From Campylobacterota bacterium (GTDB lineage Bacteria > Campylobacterota > Campylobacteria > Campylobacterales > JAADDX01): a DNA stretch of 45,632 nt. The first letter of the stretch is position 1; every line of letters begins with the position of its first letter. This document shows, in pieces, positions 30,794-40,336 of this stretch. The DNA lies in the NCBI GenBank assembly GCA_013153685.1, contig JAADDX010000083.1:1-45632 (forward strand). Reading direction: 5' to 3'. Made by a program: the position numbers and the translations under genes. A model generated the notes under the pieces. The model did no database searches. It saw only the letters and a list, made by a program, of their open reading frames with translations, and was not told where the DNA came from.

Positions 30794-30802
30794 TGTTATA
30801 AT
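30794..30802 (+). promoter_or_regulatory. Extended -10 (TGtTATAAT) for the sdhABE-like operon
   Basis: Exact TGnTATAAT about 60 nt upstream of the AAGGAG-preceded ATG. Confidence 0.6.
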
Positions 30803-30863
30803 ACCCTAAAAATAGCTTTTAGCTTACTACCTTTGGCTTTTAGCTGAAACAAAAGGAGTATAA

Positions 30864-32564
30864 ATGAAATTTGATGTTTTAATAGTAGGTGCCGGTGGAG
30901 CTGGGCTTTATGCGGCACTTGAAGCGGCAAAAAACGCAAAAGATTTAAAAGTAGGAGTGCTAACCAAAGTATATCCTACAAGAAGTCATACCGGTGCGGC
31001 ACAAGGTGGAATCAATGCGGCACTTGCAAATATTGATCCGATGGATACACCAGAGGCTCATGCTTTTGATACAATCAAAGGGAGTGATTATTTAGCAGAC
31101 CAAAAAGCAAGTGAATTTCTATGCCAAAAAGCTCCAGAAATTATCAGAGAGCTTGAACACATGGGAACGCCATTTTCAAGACTTAATAACGGAAAGATTG
31201 CTCAAAGACCTTTTGGTGGAGCAAGTCACGATAGGACTTGTTTTAGTGCGGATAAAATGGGGCATGTAATGCTTCATACTTTGTTTGAACAATGCCTAAG
31301 ATATGATGTGGAGTTTTTAAACGAATGGTTTATGCTAAATTTAGTGCATAACGGTGAAAAAATGCAAGGTGTAACCGCTTATGATATCAAAACCGGTAAA
31401 ACAGAGTTTATCGGGGCAAAAAGCGTGATCTTAGCTACAGGTGGACATGCTAGAATTTACTGGGGTTATACGTCAAACGCTCTTGGTTGTACGGGTGATG
31501 GAACCGCTGCGGCATTAAGAGCTGGAGTACCTCTAAAAGATATGGAGTTTTTACAATTTCACCCAACAGGACTTAGAAGAAGCGGTGTGTTAGTAACAGA
31601 AGGTGCAAGAGGAGAAGGTGGATATCTCTTAAATAACAAAGGTGAGAGATTTATGAGCAAATATGCTCCTAGTAAGATGGAACTTGGACCAAGAGATTTG
31701 GTAAGTAGAAGTATTATCACTGAAATTAGAGAAGGTAGAGGTTGGGTTGATAGTGAAGGTAGAGGATATGTTCATTTAGACTTAACACACCTTGGTGAGA
31801 AAAAAATCAAAGAAAAATTACCACAAATTAGAGAATTGGCAATCGATTTTGAGGGAATTGACCCAATTAAAGAACCAATCCCTATCAAACCAACAGCACA
31901 CTACGCGATGGGTGGGATAGATACCAACGTAAAATGTGAAACCGTAATCAAAGGTCTTTATGCAGCAGGTGAAGCACAATGTGTGAGTGTGCATGGTGCT
32001 AATAGACTTGGTGGAAATAGTTTACTTGATATTGTAGTATTTGGTAGAGTTGCCGGTGAAGAAGCGATTAAATACGCAAGAGAAAATGAATTTGTAAGCG
32101 GTGGTGAAGCACAGCTTGCGGAAGATAACGCATATTTAGCAAATCTATTTGAAAAAGACAACAAAGAAAGCTTAGCCGATATTAGAGATGAATTAGGGCA
32201 CATTATGTATAACTACTTTGGTGTATTTAAAGATGAAGAAGGGATGACAAAAGGTTATGAGAAATTTTTAGAGCTCAAAGCCAGAGCGAAAGATTTGGGA
32301 GTAACGGACAAATCAAAAATATTTAATACGGATCTAATCTCTTTACTCGAATTTCACAATATCATGGAACTTGCCGAAGTTTTAATCGTAGCATCTCTTG
32401 ATAGAAAAGAAAGTAGAGGAAGCTTTAGTAGAGATGATTATCCAACAAGAGACGATGCGAATTATTTATATCACTCAATGATAGTGCAAGAAAAAGGTGA
32501 ACTAAAATTAACAAAAAGCGAGGTTGATATTAGTTTATATGAACCGGCTGAGAGAAAATATTAA
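30864..32564 (+). CDS. sdhA: Succinate dehydrogenase / fumarate reductase flavoprotein subunit
   Basis: GAGGAG, RSHTGAAQGG, QFHPT, EGARGEGG, ELGPRD, AHYAMGG, HGANRLGGNSL; no signal peptide. Confidence 0.93.
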   Translation: MKFDVLIVGAGGAGLYAALEAAKNAKDLKVGVLTKVYPTRSHTGAAQGGINAALANIDPMDTPEAHAFDTIKGSDYLADQKASEFLCQKAPEIIRELEHMGTPFSRLNNGKIAQRPFGGASHDRTCFSADKMGHVMLHTLFEQCLRYDVEFLNEWFMLNLVHNGEKMQGVTAYDIKTGKTEFIGAKSVILATGGHARIYWGYTSNALGCTGDGTAAALRAGVPLKDMEFLQFHPTGLRRSGVLVTEGARGEGGYLLNNKGERFMSKYAPSKMELGPRDLVSRSIITEIREGRGWVDSEGRGYVHLDLTHLGEKKIKEKLPQIRELAIDFEGIDPIKEPIPIKPTAHYAMGGIDTNVKCETVIKGLYAAGEAQCVSVHGANRLGGNSLLDIVVFGRVAGEEAIKYARENEFVSGGEAQLAEDNAYLANLFEKDNKESLADIRDELGHIMYNYFGVFKDEEGMTKGYEKFLELKARAKDLGVTDKSKIFNTDLISLLEFHNIMELAEVLIVASLDRKESRGSFSRDDYPTRDDANYLYHSMIVQEKGELKLTKSEVDISLYEPAERKY

Positions 32565-32574
32565 GGGGTAGAAT

Positions 32575-33531
32575 ATGGCAAATATTTTAATACAAATTCA
32601 AAGATTTAATCCAGAAACTGATGATAAACCGTATATGCAGGATTATGAAGTTAGCAAAGATATATTAACAGGTATGACTATCTTTGATGCATTAGCGTAT
32701 ATCAAAGACAAATTAGACCCTACCTTAACGTATAGAGCATTTTGTAGAAGTGCTATTTGTGGTAGTTGTGCTATGAAAATCAACAACCGTGCTAAGCTTG
32801 CGTGTAAAGAACAGATTCTTTTTCATGTAAAAAACGGCAAAGTTGTCATCAAACCTCTTGAAAATGCAAAAATTATAAGAGACTTGGCAGTAGATGTGGA
32901 TGAAGCACTTGATAAACTCAAACAACTCAAACCATGGCTTGAAGAAGATCCTAAAAAAGTGCCAGATAGCACTAAAAGTGAGAGTTTGGTATTACCTCAA
33001 GAATTTGCACAATACGATAAGCTTACTGATTGTATTTTATGTATGGCTTGTTATGGTAGTTGTAGTGCTAAGAGTGTAAGTGATAATTATGCAGGTCCGT
33101 TTCAATTTACCAAAGCATTAAGATTTATCAAAGATAGTAGAGATGGTGTGGATATAGATGAGAGAATCGAATTGTGTTTGGATAATGGATTGTGGGATTG
33201 TGTGCAATGCCAAATGTGTCTAGCGGCATGTCCAAAAGGACTAACTTCAGCTGATGATATCCAAGAGCTAAGAAGATACGCTATTGCTTGTGGAGATGAG
33301 AGCACAGGTGCTAAGAGAGCTGTTACGTGGTTTAGGGACGTATTTGCAACCGGACAAATTGATAAATACAACTTACCAGTAAACGCAAAAGGCGATATAG
33401 CAAAAAGAGAAGAGTTAGCAAAAGAGTTCGCAAATAGAGGTATCTCACCGGACAAATTCGCACCGCAACCGTTCGAGAAAATTGATGAATTTAGAAAATT
33501 CATCAGAAAAGTAGAAGAGGAGGTAAAATAA
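32575..33531 (+). CDS. sdhB: Succinate dehydrogenase / fumarate reductase Fe-S subunit (type E-like)
   Basis: CRSAICGSC...C [2Fe-2S]; CILCMACYGSC; CVQCQMCLAACP (four Cys); C-terminal extension. Confidence 0.92.
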   Translation: MANILIQIQRFNPETDDKPYMQDYEVSKDILTGMTIFDALAYIKDKLDPTLTYRAFCRSAICGSCAMKINNRAKLACKEQILFHVKNGKVVIKPLENAKIIRDLAVDVDEALDKLKQLKPWLEEDPKKVPDSTKSESLVLPQEFAQYDKLTDCILCMACYGSCSAKSVSDNYAGPFQFTKALRFIKDSRDGVDIDERIELCLDNGLWDCVQCQMCLAACPKGLTSADDIQELRRYAIACGDESTGAKRAVTWFRDVFATGQIDKYNLPVNAKGDIAKREELAKEFANRGISPDKFAPQPFEKIDEFRKFIRKVEEEVK

Positions 33532-33532
33532 T

Positions 33533-34378
33533 ATGGCATACGACAAAAAAGTAGGAATTTATCCGGGATGTTGTTTTCAAGGTGCTGATGAGCATAATTA
33601 TGATTTGATAATAGACTTTTTAGATAAAATGGAAGTAGAAGGGATTTTGCTTGATAGAGCCGCATGTTGTGGTGGTGGAGTAATTGATGAGACCAACAAA
33701 ATCGTCACTTACGCATTAAACGCAAGAAATATAGCATTTGCCGAACAAGCGGGTGTGGATTTGTATACACCTTGTAATACTTGCTATATGGTGATTGCAA
33801 AAAGTAAAATTGCACTTGATAACAATCCGGAAATGAAAGAGAAAGTAAATAAAATTTTAGCTGAAGAAGGGCTTGAATACAAAGGTGAAGCAAAGATATA
33901 TCATACACTAAATTTGATAGAAGATTTAATCGGGCTTGATAATTACAAAAGTAAACTTACTAGAAAACTAGAAGGATTGAAAGTAGCTCCATACTACGGA
34001 TGCCATGTATTATCTCCGGATGAAATTAGTCTTGATGATCCAGAAAATCCTACATTGCTTAAGGAAATATTAGAACCTTGTGGGGTGGAAATTATTGAGG
34101 GATATCAAGATGAGCTGACTTGTTGTGGGCACCATAGTGAATATACCAATCCAGAAGTTAGAAAAAAACTAGCAAATAAACCGCTTGATGGTGCACATGA
34201 TGCTGGAGCAGATGTATTGGTAACTCCTTGCCCATTGTGCCACAAAACCATGGATGCAGTAGGAGAAAATGAACCGGTCCTCCAACTTATTCAAATTATT
34301 AATGTTGCATGTGGACTAAGCAGCGACAAATCACACTGGAATATCAACAAAAACAAAGTAAGAATGACCTTTTCTTAA
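33533..34378 (+). CDS. CCG-domain (HdrB-like) anchor subunit of a type E complex (SdhE/MfrE-like)
   Basis: YPGCC, ACCGGG, TPCNTC, YYGCH, TCCGH, TPCPLC (two CCG domains); no TM helices. Confidence 0.88.
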   Translation: MAYDKKVGIYPGCCFQGADEHNYDLIIDFLDKMEVEGILLDRAACCGGGVIDETNKIVTYALNARNIAFAEQAGVDLYTPCNTCYMVIAKSKIALDNNPEMKEKVNKILAEEGLEYKGEAKIYHTLNLIEDLIGLDNYKSKLTRKLEGLKVAPYYGCHVLSPDEISLDDPENPTLLKEILEPCGVEIIEGYQDELTCCGHHSEYTNPEVRKKLANKPLDGAHDAGADVLVTPCPLCHKTMDAVGENEPVLQLIQIINVACGLSSDKSHWNINKNKVRMTFS

Positions 34379-34380
34379 GC

Positions 34381-34402
34381 ATCCGCCAAGGTTTTGGCGG
34401 GT
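34381..34402 (+). terminator. Hairpin after the sdhABE-like operon
   Basis: CCGCCAA-GGTT-TTGGCGG (34383-34400), extendable by 2 bp; weak U-tract. Confidence 0.6.
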
Positions 34403-34464
34403 ATGTAAAATCGTAACATAATCTACATTTTTCAGCTCTATTTGACTTCTTCTTCGTGATTTTG

Positions 34465-34473
34465 TGTTATAAT
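34465..34473 (+). promoter_or_regulatory. Extended -10 (TGtTATAAT) for the chemoreceptor gene
   Basis: Exact TGnTATAAT about 30 nt upstream of ATG 34505. Confidence 0.55.
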
Positions 34474-34504
34474 TTTATTTCCAAAATTATTAGAAGGGGT
34501 AAAG

Positions 34505-36634
34505 ATGAGTATCAAAACCAAATTACTATCTATCATCACAGCTAGTGTTGTCGTAACAGTATTTTTTATGAGTTTGGTTCTAACCATAAACTTAAATAAA
34601 TTAGAAGACGACTTAATAGCAGATGCCAAACAAGAGATGATGTCGCAAGTTAAGAATCATATTATGAGTAATGTGAATTTAGCCGTAAGTGCAGCACAAA
34701 GTATTATTAAACAAGCTATGAGTGCAAAGGAAATTCTCAAATCAAATACTCAAACTCTAATGTTTCTTTTGAATAATTACTACAACCAAAACAAAAACAA
34801 ATTATCACAAGAACAATTAGCACAAAATATCAAAGCTATTATCCAAAATTTCAGATACAAAATCATTCCTACAAGCAACAAAGCAAACGGTTATTTCTTT
34901 GTATTGGACTTCAAAGGAAATATCATAATGCACCCGCTAAAACCACAACTAAACGGTAAAAACCTTATTAATTTCACAGATAAAAAAGGTAATAAGCTAT
35001 TTTATGACATGATTCAAGTGTGCAAACAAAAAGGTTCTGGCTTTGTGCATTATATGTGGACTAATCCAAGAACGGGTAAACTAGAAGAGAAAACCACATA
35101 CGTTACCGTATTTAAACCATTTAATTGGATCATAGGAACCGGAATTTACGCATCTGATATTCATAAATTAGTAGAAGATAAAGTAATCCAAACATTGAGT
35201 TCTATGAGATATGGAACAAATAAAAACGGATATTTCTTTGCGTATAAATGGGATAAAAAAGGGAATTATTATTTTGCATTCCATGGAGTAAAAAGCAGAC
35301 TTAACAACAAAAAAACAAACATTTTCAAACCAGACGTAAAAGGGAAAGTATTTAGAGCTAAACTAATCGAAGCAGGTAAAGCCGGTGGTGGATTTGTATC
35401 ATATCATTACAAAAAACCATCAACAGGAACTATAGAACCAAAACTTGCTTATGCTAAGCTAATCCCTGGATTAAACTGGGTAGTAGTAACTGGAACATAC
35501 ATTGATGGTATCCAGAAAAAAATGGATATGATGTCACAAAAAATATCAACTAAAATCACTAAAATTATCGTATATGATATCATAGTATCTCTCATTATCC
35601 TAGCTTTAGTGTTGATTGTAACTATGATGGTAATTCAAAAATCTATCGTAGCCCCTATTAAACAACTAGAACAAACAATCTCAAAAATCGTAAAAACAAA
35701 AGATTTCTCAAGCAGAGTGGATATTCACCAAAATGATGAAATTGGCGAAATTGCAAATAGCGTAAATACTCTAATAGATACGGCAGATGAGCTATTAAAA
35801 GATACATCTAAGATAGTAGAGATTAATTACCAAAATACCTCAAAAGTAAATGAAGCTTCAAGAGAGCTTAAAAAATCTTTTGATGATGAAAAACACTATA
35901 TCGTAGAAGTAAAAGACAACTACTCGGTAGTAAAAAAAGAGATCGTTAACACCATAGACAAAACATCTCAATCATCAACACAAATCCAACAAACAACAGA
36001 CTCTCTAGCAAGCATCAAAGAAAAAATCGATAATCTCAATCATGTAATTGAAGAGAGTGTATCAAAAGAGATAGAAATAGCAACCAAAATGAATGAACTA
36101 ACCAACAACATCACAGATATCAAAAATATCTTAAACATCATCAACGATATCGCAGATCAAACCAACCTACTTGCACTCAACGCAGCCATTGAAGCAGCAA
36201 GAGCGGGTGAGCACGGTAGAGGATTTGCTGTAGTTGCAGATGAGGTAAGACAGCTTGCGGAAAAAACACAAAAATCACTCAATGAAATTAATTCAACAGT
36301 AAATATCGTTGTGCAAGAGATCAATACGTCAAATGAGGAAATCGGTAAGACAGCTAACGAATCAAAACATTTAATTGACATCTCAAAAGAGGTTGAGATG
36401 GAGATTGATAACATCAATCAAACAATGCAAGATAGCGTAACTACTATCGTAGAAGTGACACAACAAGCACAAACAAATATAGAAAAAATCAATCAATTAA
36501 ACGAAATCATGGACAAACTAGATAATCAATCTAAAAATAACGAACAAAAAGTAGACTTGATTATCAACAATATCAATGAACTTACATCAACCATGACGAC
36601 TCTTGAAGAGAAAATTAAAGAATTCAAAGCATAA
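34505..36634 (+). CDS. Methyl-accepting chemotaxis protein with two sCache_2-like sensor domains
   Basis: Two TMs; duplicated NGYFF...G.GFV.Y...P..G..E.K..Y......W...TG.Y; HAMP; [34 protein letters not shown]. Confidence 0.94.
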   Translation: MSIKTKLLSIITASVVVTVFFMSLVLTINLNKLEDDLIADAKQEMMSQVKNHIMSNVNLAVSAAQSIIKQAMSAKEILKSNTQTLMFLLNNYYNQNKNKLSQEQLAQNIKAIIQNFRYKIIPTSNKANGYFFVLDFKGNIIMHPLKPQLNGKNLINFTDKKGNKLFYDMIQVCKQKGSGFVHYMWTNPRTGKLEEKTTYVTVFKPFNWIIGTGIYASDIHKLVEDKVIQTLSSMRYGTNKNGYFFAYKWDKKGNYYFAFHGVKSRLNNKKTNIFKPDVKGKVFRAKLIEAGKAGGGFVSYHYKKPSTGTIEPKLAYAKLIPGLNWVVVTGTYIDGIQKKMDMMSQKISTKITKIIVYDIIVSLIILALVLIVTMMVIQKSIVAPIKQLEQTISKIVKTKDFSSRVDIHQNDEIGEIANSVNTLIDTADELLKDTSKIVEINYQNTSKVNEASRELKKSFDDEKHYIVEVKDNYSVVKKEIVNTIDKTSQSSTQIQQTTDSLASIKEKIDNLNHVIEESVSKEIEIATKMNELTNNITDIKNILNIINDIADQTNLLALNAAIEAARAGEHGRGFAVVADEVRQLAEKTQKSLNEINSTVNIVVQEINTSNEEIGKTANESKHLIDISKEVEMEIDNINQTMQDSVTTIVEVTQQAQTNIEKINQLNEIMDKLDNQSKNNEQKVDLIINNINELTSTMTTLEEKIKEFKA

Positions 36635-37119
36635 TGGATAGATTATATGCACCATGGAGACGCGAATATCATTTGACAAAACGCACGGGTTGTGTGTTTT
36701 GTGATATCGCTCAAAGTGCAAATGATGATGAAAATTATGTCTTTTACAAGGATGAGATCTGCTTTTTTGTCATGAACAAATTTCCATACAATCCAGGACA
36801 CTTCATGATAATCCCCAATACACATACCCCCAATCTAGAAGACTTAACCCAAGCACAAATAACCCACTTATCTCTTATGGCTCAAAAAGCGGTAATTATT
36901 CTTAAAAAATGGGGTGCTGATGGGATTAATATCGGATTTAATTTGGGATTTGATGGTGGAGCGGGTATCCCAGAACATATTCATATGCAAGTAGTCCCAC
37001 GATTTAGAAGAGATGTGAATTTCATGACTACTATTGCAAATACACGTGTATTTAGTGCTGATTTTGATGAAGTGTATCAGCAAATCAAAAAAATAGCAAA
37101 AGATATTTTAGGAGAATAG
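36634..37119 (+). CDS. HIT-family nucleotide hydrolase / phosphorylase
   Basis: LYAPWR, CVFC, MNKFPYNPGH, NIGFNLG..GGAGIPEHIHMQVVPR. Confidence 0.9.
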   Translation: MDRLYAPWRREYHLTKRTGCVFCDIAQSANDDENYVFYKDEICFFVMNKFPYNPGHFMIIPNTHTPNLEDLTQAQITHLSLMAQKAVIILKKWGADGINIGFNLGFDGGAGIPEHIHMQVVPRFRRDVNFMTTIANTRVFSADFDEVYQQIKKIAKDILGE

Positions 37120-37365
37120 ATGAGAGTAGATAAATTTCTCAATACGGTAAACATCACAAAACGACGCTCAATTGCGGAAGATATGTGCAAAAGTGGTGTG
37201 GTAAAAGTAAATTCCAAAGTTGCTAAAGGCTCAAAAGATGTCAAAGTAGGCGATGTTATCGAGATAGAATATCTCTCAACTACCAAAAAATTTCAAGTAT
37301 TACAAATCCCCACTACAAAAACCATCCCAAAAAGTGCAAAAGAAGAATATGTAAAAGAGATTTGA
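37120..37365 (+). CDS. S4-domain RNA-binding protein (RqcP/Hsp15-like)
   Basis: MRVDKFL....ITKRRS.A...C..G.V.VN...AK.SKDVKVGD. Confidence 0.9.
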   Translation: MRVDKFLNTVNITKRRSIAEDMCKSGVVKVNSKVAKGSKDVKVGDVIEIEYLSTTKKFQVLQIPTTKTIPKSAKEEYVKEI

Positions 37366-37370
37366 TAATT

Positions 37371-37390
37371 TTTTGGTATAATTACCAAAA
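37371..37390 (+). promoter_or_regulatory. Extended -10 (TGgTATAAT, 37374-37382) within inverted repeat TTTTGGTA-TAAT-TACCAAAA
   Basis: Perfect 8-bp arms in the 45-nt gap upstream of mobB. Confidence 0.5.
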
Positions 37391-37410
37391 GTTTTATATA
37401 AAGGTGTTAG

Positions 37411-37896
37411 ATGAAAAGAGCTGTTGCATTTACAGGTCCGAGCAATTCCGGAAAGACTACTTTGATTGAAAAAATAGCCTCTAGATTGATTTCCACATAC
37501 AAAATAGCTATCATTAAAAATGACCCATCCAACAAAGCACAATTCGATAAAGAAGGTAAAGATAGTTACAAATTCTACCAAACCGGTGCCGAGGTGGTAG
37601 TCACTTCTCCCACAAGAACGACATACTTCTCTCACAGACAAAAAAATCTAGATGAAATTATTCATATGCTAGGGGAATTTGATTATCTATTTGTAGAAGG
37701 ATTAAAATACCTACCACTACCGCGTATTGGGGTATTTAGAAATGAGATAGATAATAGTTATTTTGATTATATCAAAGCTGTAGCTATCGATGATACCATA
37801 GATAAAAATACTATACCAAGCACAATAGACATTTTGGATTTGAATAATATCGACCAAATAATTAGTTGGATATTAAAAAACGCAAAGGAGATATGA
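37411..37896 (+). CDS. mobB: Molybdopterin-guanine dinucleotide biosynthesis protein B
   Basis: P-loop [24 protein letters not shown]; adjacent to fbp as in C. jejuni. Confidence 0.88.
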   Translation: MKRAVAFTGPSNSGKTTLIEKIASRLISTYKIAIIKNDPSNKAQFDKEGKDSYKFYQTGAEVVVTSPTRTTYFSHRQKNLDEIIHMLGEFDYLFVEGLKYLPLPRIGVFRNEIDNSYFDYIKAVAIDDTIDKNTIPSTIDILDLNNIDQIISWILKNAKEI

Positions 37897-38744
37897 TGAC
37901 AGAGATTATTAACGCTATCAAAAAAGCGGCAATAAAAATAAACGAAGCTATAAAATATGAAGATACTTCAAAAATCAACTCTACAAATAGTAGCGGAGAT
38001 GAACAAGTCAAATTGGATGTAATTAGCGATGAGATTATTGAAAAAGAATTTTCAACAGTAAGTAGTATTTGTGAAATTATTAGCGAAGAAAAAGACAGTA
38101 TTGTAAAGATCAATCCAGCTGGAAAGTATCTAGTAGCATATGATCCGCTAGATGGAAGTAGTTTGATTGATGTAAATCTAAGTGTAGGAAGTATTTTTGG
38201 TATATACAAAAACAGCTTTGATGGCGAAAATATCGTAGCAAGCGTATATGTGGTATATGGACCAAGAGTGGAGATGGTGATTGCTAGGGATAATGTGGAA
38301 TTATTCAAGCTTGATGAAAAAACCGGCGAATTCACATACCAAAAAGAACTACGCCTCAAAGAAAAAGGGAAAGTATTAGCACCAGGTGGAACGCAAAAAG
38401 AGTGGCTTGCACATCATAAAAATCTAATTGAGAGCTTATTTAAAGAAGGATATAGATTGCGTTATAGCGGAGGAATGGTACCAGATCTTCACCAGATTTT
38501 ACTAAAAGGTGGAGGATTGTTTGCATATCCAGCTACACATGACAAACAAAAAGGAAAGTTAAGAATGTTATTTGAAGTATTTCCGTTTGCTTATACATAC
38601 AAACTAGCTGGTGGACTTGCAATCGATGGGCATAATGACCTCTTGGCATTAAGACCAGATTTCCTACACGATACGACACCTTGCTTTTTTGGAAGCGATT
38701 ATGAGATTAAAAAAGTTTTACAAGCATATCACAACAAAGGGTAA
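37893..38744 (+). CDS. fbp: Class 1 fructose-1,6-bisphosphatase
   Basis: [46 protein letters not shown]. Start 37893 or 37896 after AAGGAG. Confidence 0.95.
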   Translation: MMTEIINAIKKAAIKINEAIKYEDTSKINSTNSSGDEQVKLDVISDEIIEKEFSTVSSICEIISEEKDSIVKINPAGKYLVAYDPLDGSSLIDVNLSVGSIFGIYKNSFDGENIVASVYVVYGPRVEMVIARDNVELFKLDEKTGEFTYQKELRLKEKGKVLAPGGTQKEWLAHHKNLIESLFKEGYRLRYSGGMVPDLHQILLKGGGLFAYPATHDKQKGKLRMLFEVFPFAYTYKLAGGLAIDGHNDLLALRPDFLHDTTPCFFGSDYEIKKVLQAYHNKG

Positions 38745-38746
38745 CG

Positions 38747-40336
38747 ATGGTAAAAGTGCAAAATTTAAAAAAAGCTTATGGAAGTAAAGTTTTATTTGAA
38801 GATGTAAATTTAAGTCTTGATAAAGGTAAAAGATACGGGCTTATTGGGGCTAACGGTGCTGGTAAATCGACATTTCTTAAGATTTTAGCCAAACAAGAAG
38901 AAGCCACAGAAGGAGAAGTAATAATCCCAAGTGACTTAAAGGTAGGAGTGTTGGGGCAAAATCAATACGCCTTTGAGGATTTTACACTTTTTGATGCAGT
39001 TTTATATGGAAATAAGAGATTATATGATGCTATTAAAGAACAAGAAAAACTATACATGAGTGAAGAATTCACAGATGAGATTAACAACAGAATCGGTGAA
39101 CTTGAGATGATCAAAGTAGAAGAGGATCCTACTTACGAATATGATGTTAGAATCACGAAAATTTTAGAGGATTTAGGATTTAGCAAAGATGATCATTATA
39201 AGCTTATGAGTGAAATCCCAAATGCGGACAAATTCAAAATCCTCCTAGCACAAGTGTTATTCCCAAAACCGGACGTATTATTCCTTGATGAGCCTACCAA
39301 TAACCTCGATATGGAGACGATTTCATGGCTTGAGAATCAACTTCAAAGACATGAAGGGACAATGGTAGTAATCTCGCATGATAGACATTTTCTAAATGCA
39401 GTAGTAACACACATACTTGATGTAGATTTTAAGAAAATTAGAGAATTTACCGGTAATTATGATGATTGGTATATGGCATCTACAATCCTCCAAAAACAAG
39501 CTCAAGCCGAAAGAGAAAAAAAAGAAGCTCAAAAAAAACAACTCGAAGAATTTATTAGAAGATTTAGTGCTAACGCATCTAAAGCAAAACAAGCTACCAG
39601 CAGACAAAAACAACTAGAGAAATTGGATATTAAGCCTATTGAGATATCAAGCAGAAGAGAGCCGAGTATTGTTTTTAAACAAGCTAGGGAAATTGGAAAA
39701 GAGATCCTTTTTGTAAAAGATATTCACAAAAGTTTTGATGAGAAAAAAGTATTAAATGGTATAACATTCACTATGAATAAAGGTGATAAAATCGCACTCA
39801 TTGGACCAAATGGTGTAGGTAAAACGACATTATGCGAAATTCTAGTAGGTAATCTCAAACCGGATAAAGGTGAAGTAGTATGGGGAGCAAAAGCGGATGT
39901 AGGATATTTCCCGCAAAATACCACAGATATCATTACTGGTGATGAAAAATTGTATGATTGGCTAAGAAGCTTCAAAAAAGATGCGGAAATTAGCGATATT
40001 AGAAACGCTCTTGGTAGAATGCTTTTTAGCGGAGAAGAGCAAGAAAAATCTATCCAAAATTGCAGCGGAGGAGAAAAGCATAGAATGATGCTCTCTAAGC
40101 TTATGCTTTTGGGTCCTAATGTATTGATTTTGGATGAACCAACAAACCATTTGGATTTGGAGGCAATTATCGCTTTGGGTGAGGCTTTGTATAATTATGA
40201 CGGGCAAGCTATTGTAGTATCGCACGATAGAGAGTTTATCGATTCGTTTGCTAATAGGATTATTGAATTACATCCGGATGGAAGTTATACCGACTTTATG
40301 GGAACGTATGAAGAATATTTAGAGAGCAAGCAATGA
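38747..40336 (+). CDS. ABC-F family ATPase (YbiT-like)
   Basis: Two ABC domains (GANGAGKST / LDEPTNNLD; GPNGVGKTT / SGGE / LDEPTNHLD), linker with QATSR, no TM. Confidence 0.93.
   Translation: MVKVQNLKKAYGSKVLFEDVNLSLDKGKRYGLIGANGAGKSTFLKILAKQEEATEGEVIIPSDLKVGVLGQNQYAFEDFTLFDAVLYGNKRLYDAIKEQEKLYMSEEFTDEINNRIGELEMIKVEEDPTYEYDVRITKILEDLGFSKDDHYKLMSEIPNADKFKILLAQVLFPKPDVLFLDEPTNNLDMETISWLENQLQRHEGTMVVISHDRHFLNAVVTHILDVDFKKIREFTGNYDDWYMASTILQKQAQAEREKKEAQKKQLEEFIRRFSANASKAKQATSRQKQLEKLDIKPIEISSRREPSIVFKQAREIGKEILFVKDIHKSFDEKKVLNGITFTMNKGDKIALIGPNGVGKTTLCEILVGNLKPDKGEVVWGAKADVGYFPQNTTDIITGDEKLYDWLRSFKKDAEISDIRNALGRMLFSGEEQEKSIQNCSGGEKHRMMLSKLMLLGPNVLILDEPTNHLDLEAIIALGEALYNYDGQAIVVSHDREFIDSFANRIIELHPDGSYTDFMGTYEEYLESKQ

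Noticed and set aside
33533-34378. HdrB-like gene as evidence of heterodisulfide reductase or methanogenesis
   Set aside because: Its position after sdhA-sdhB identifies it as a type E anchor subunit; no hdrA is present.
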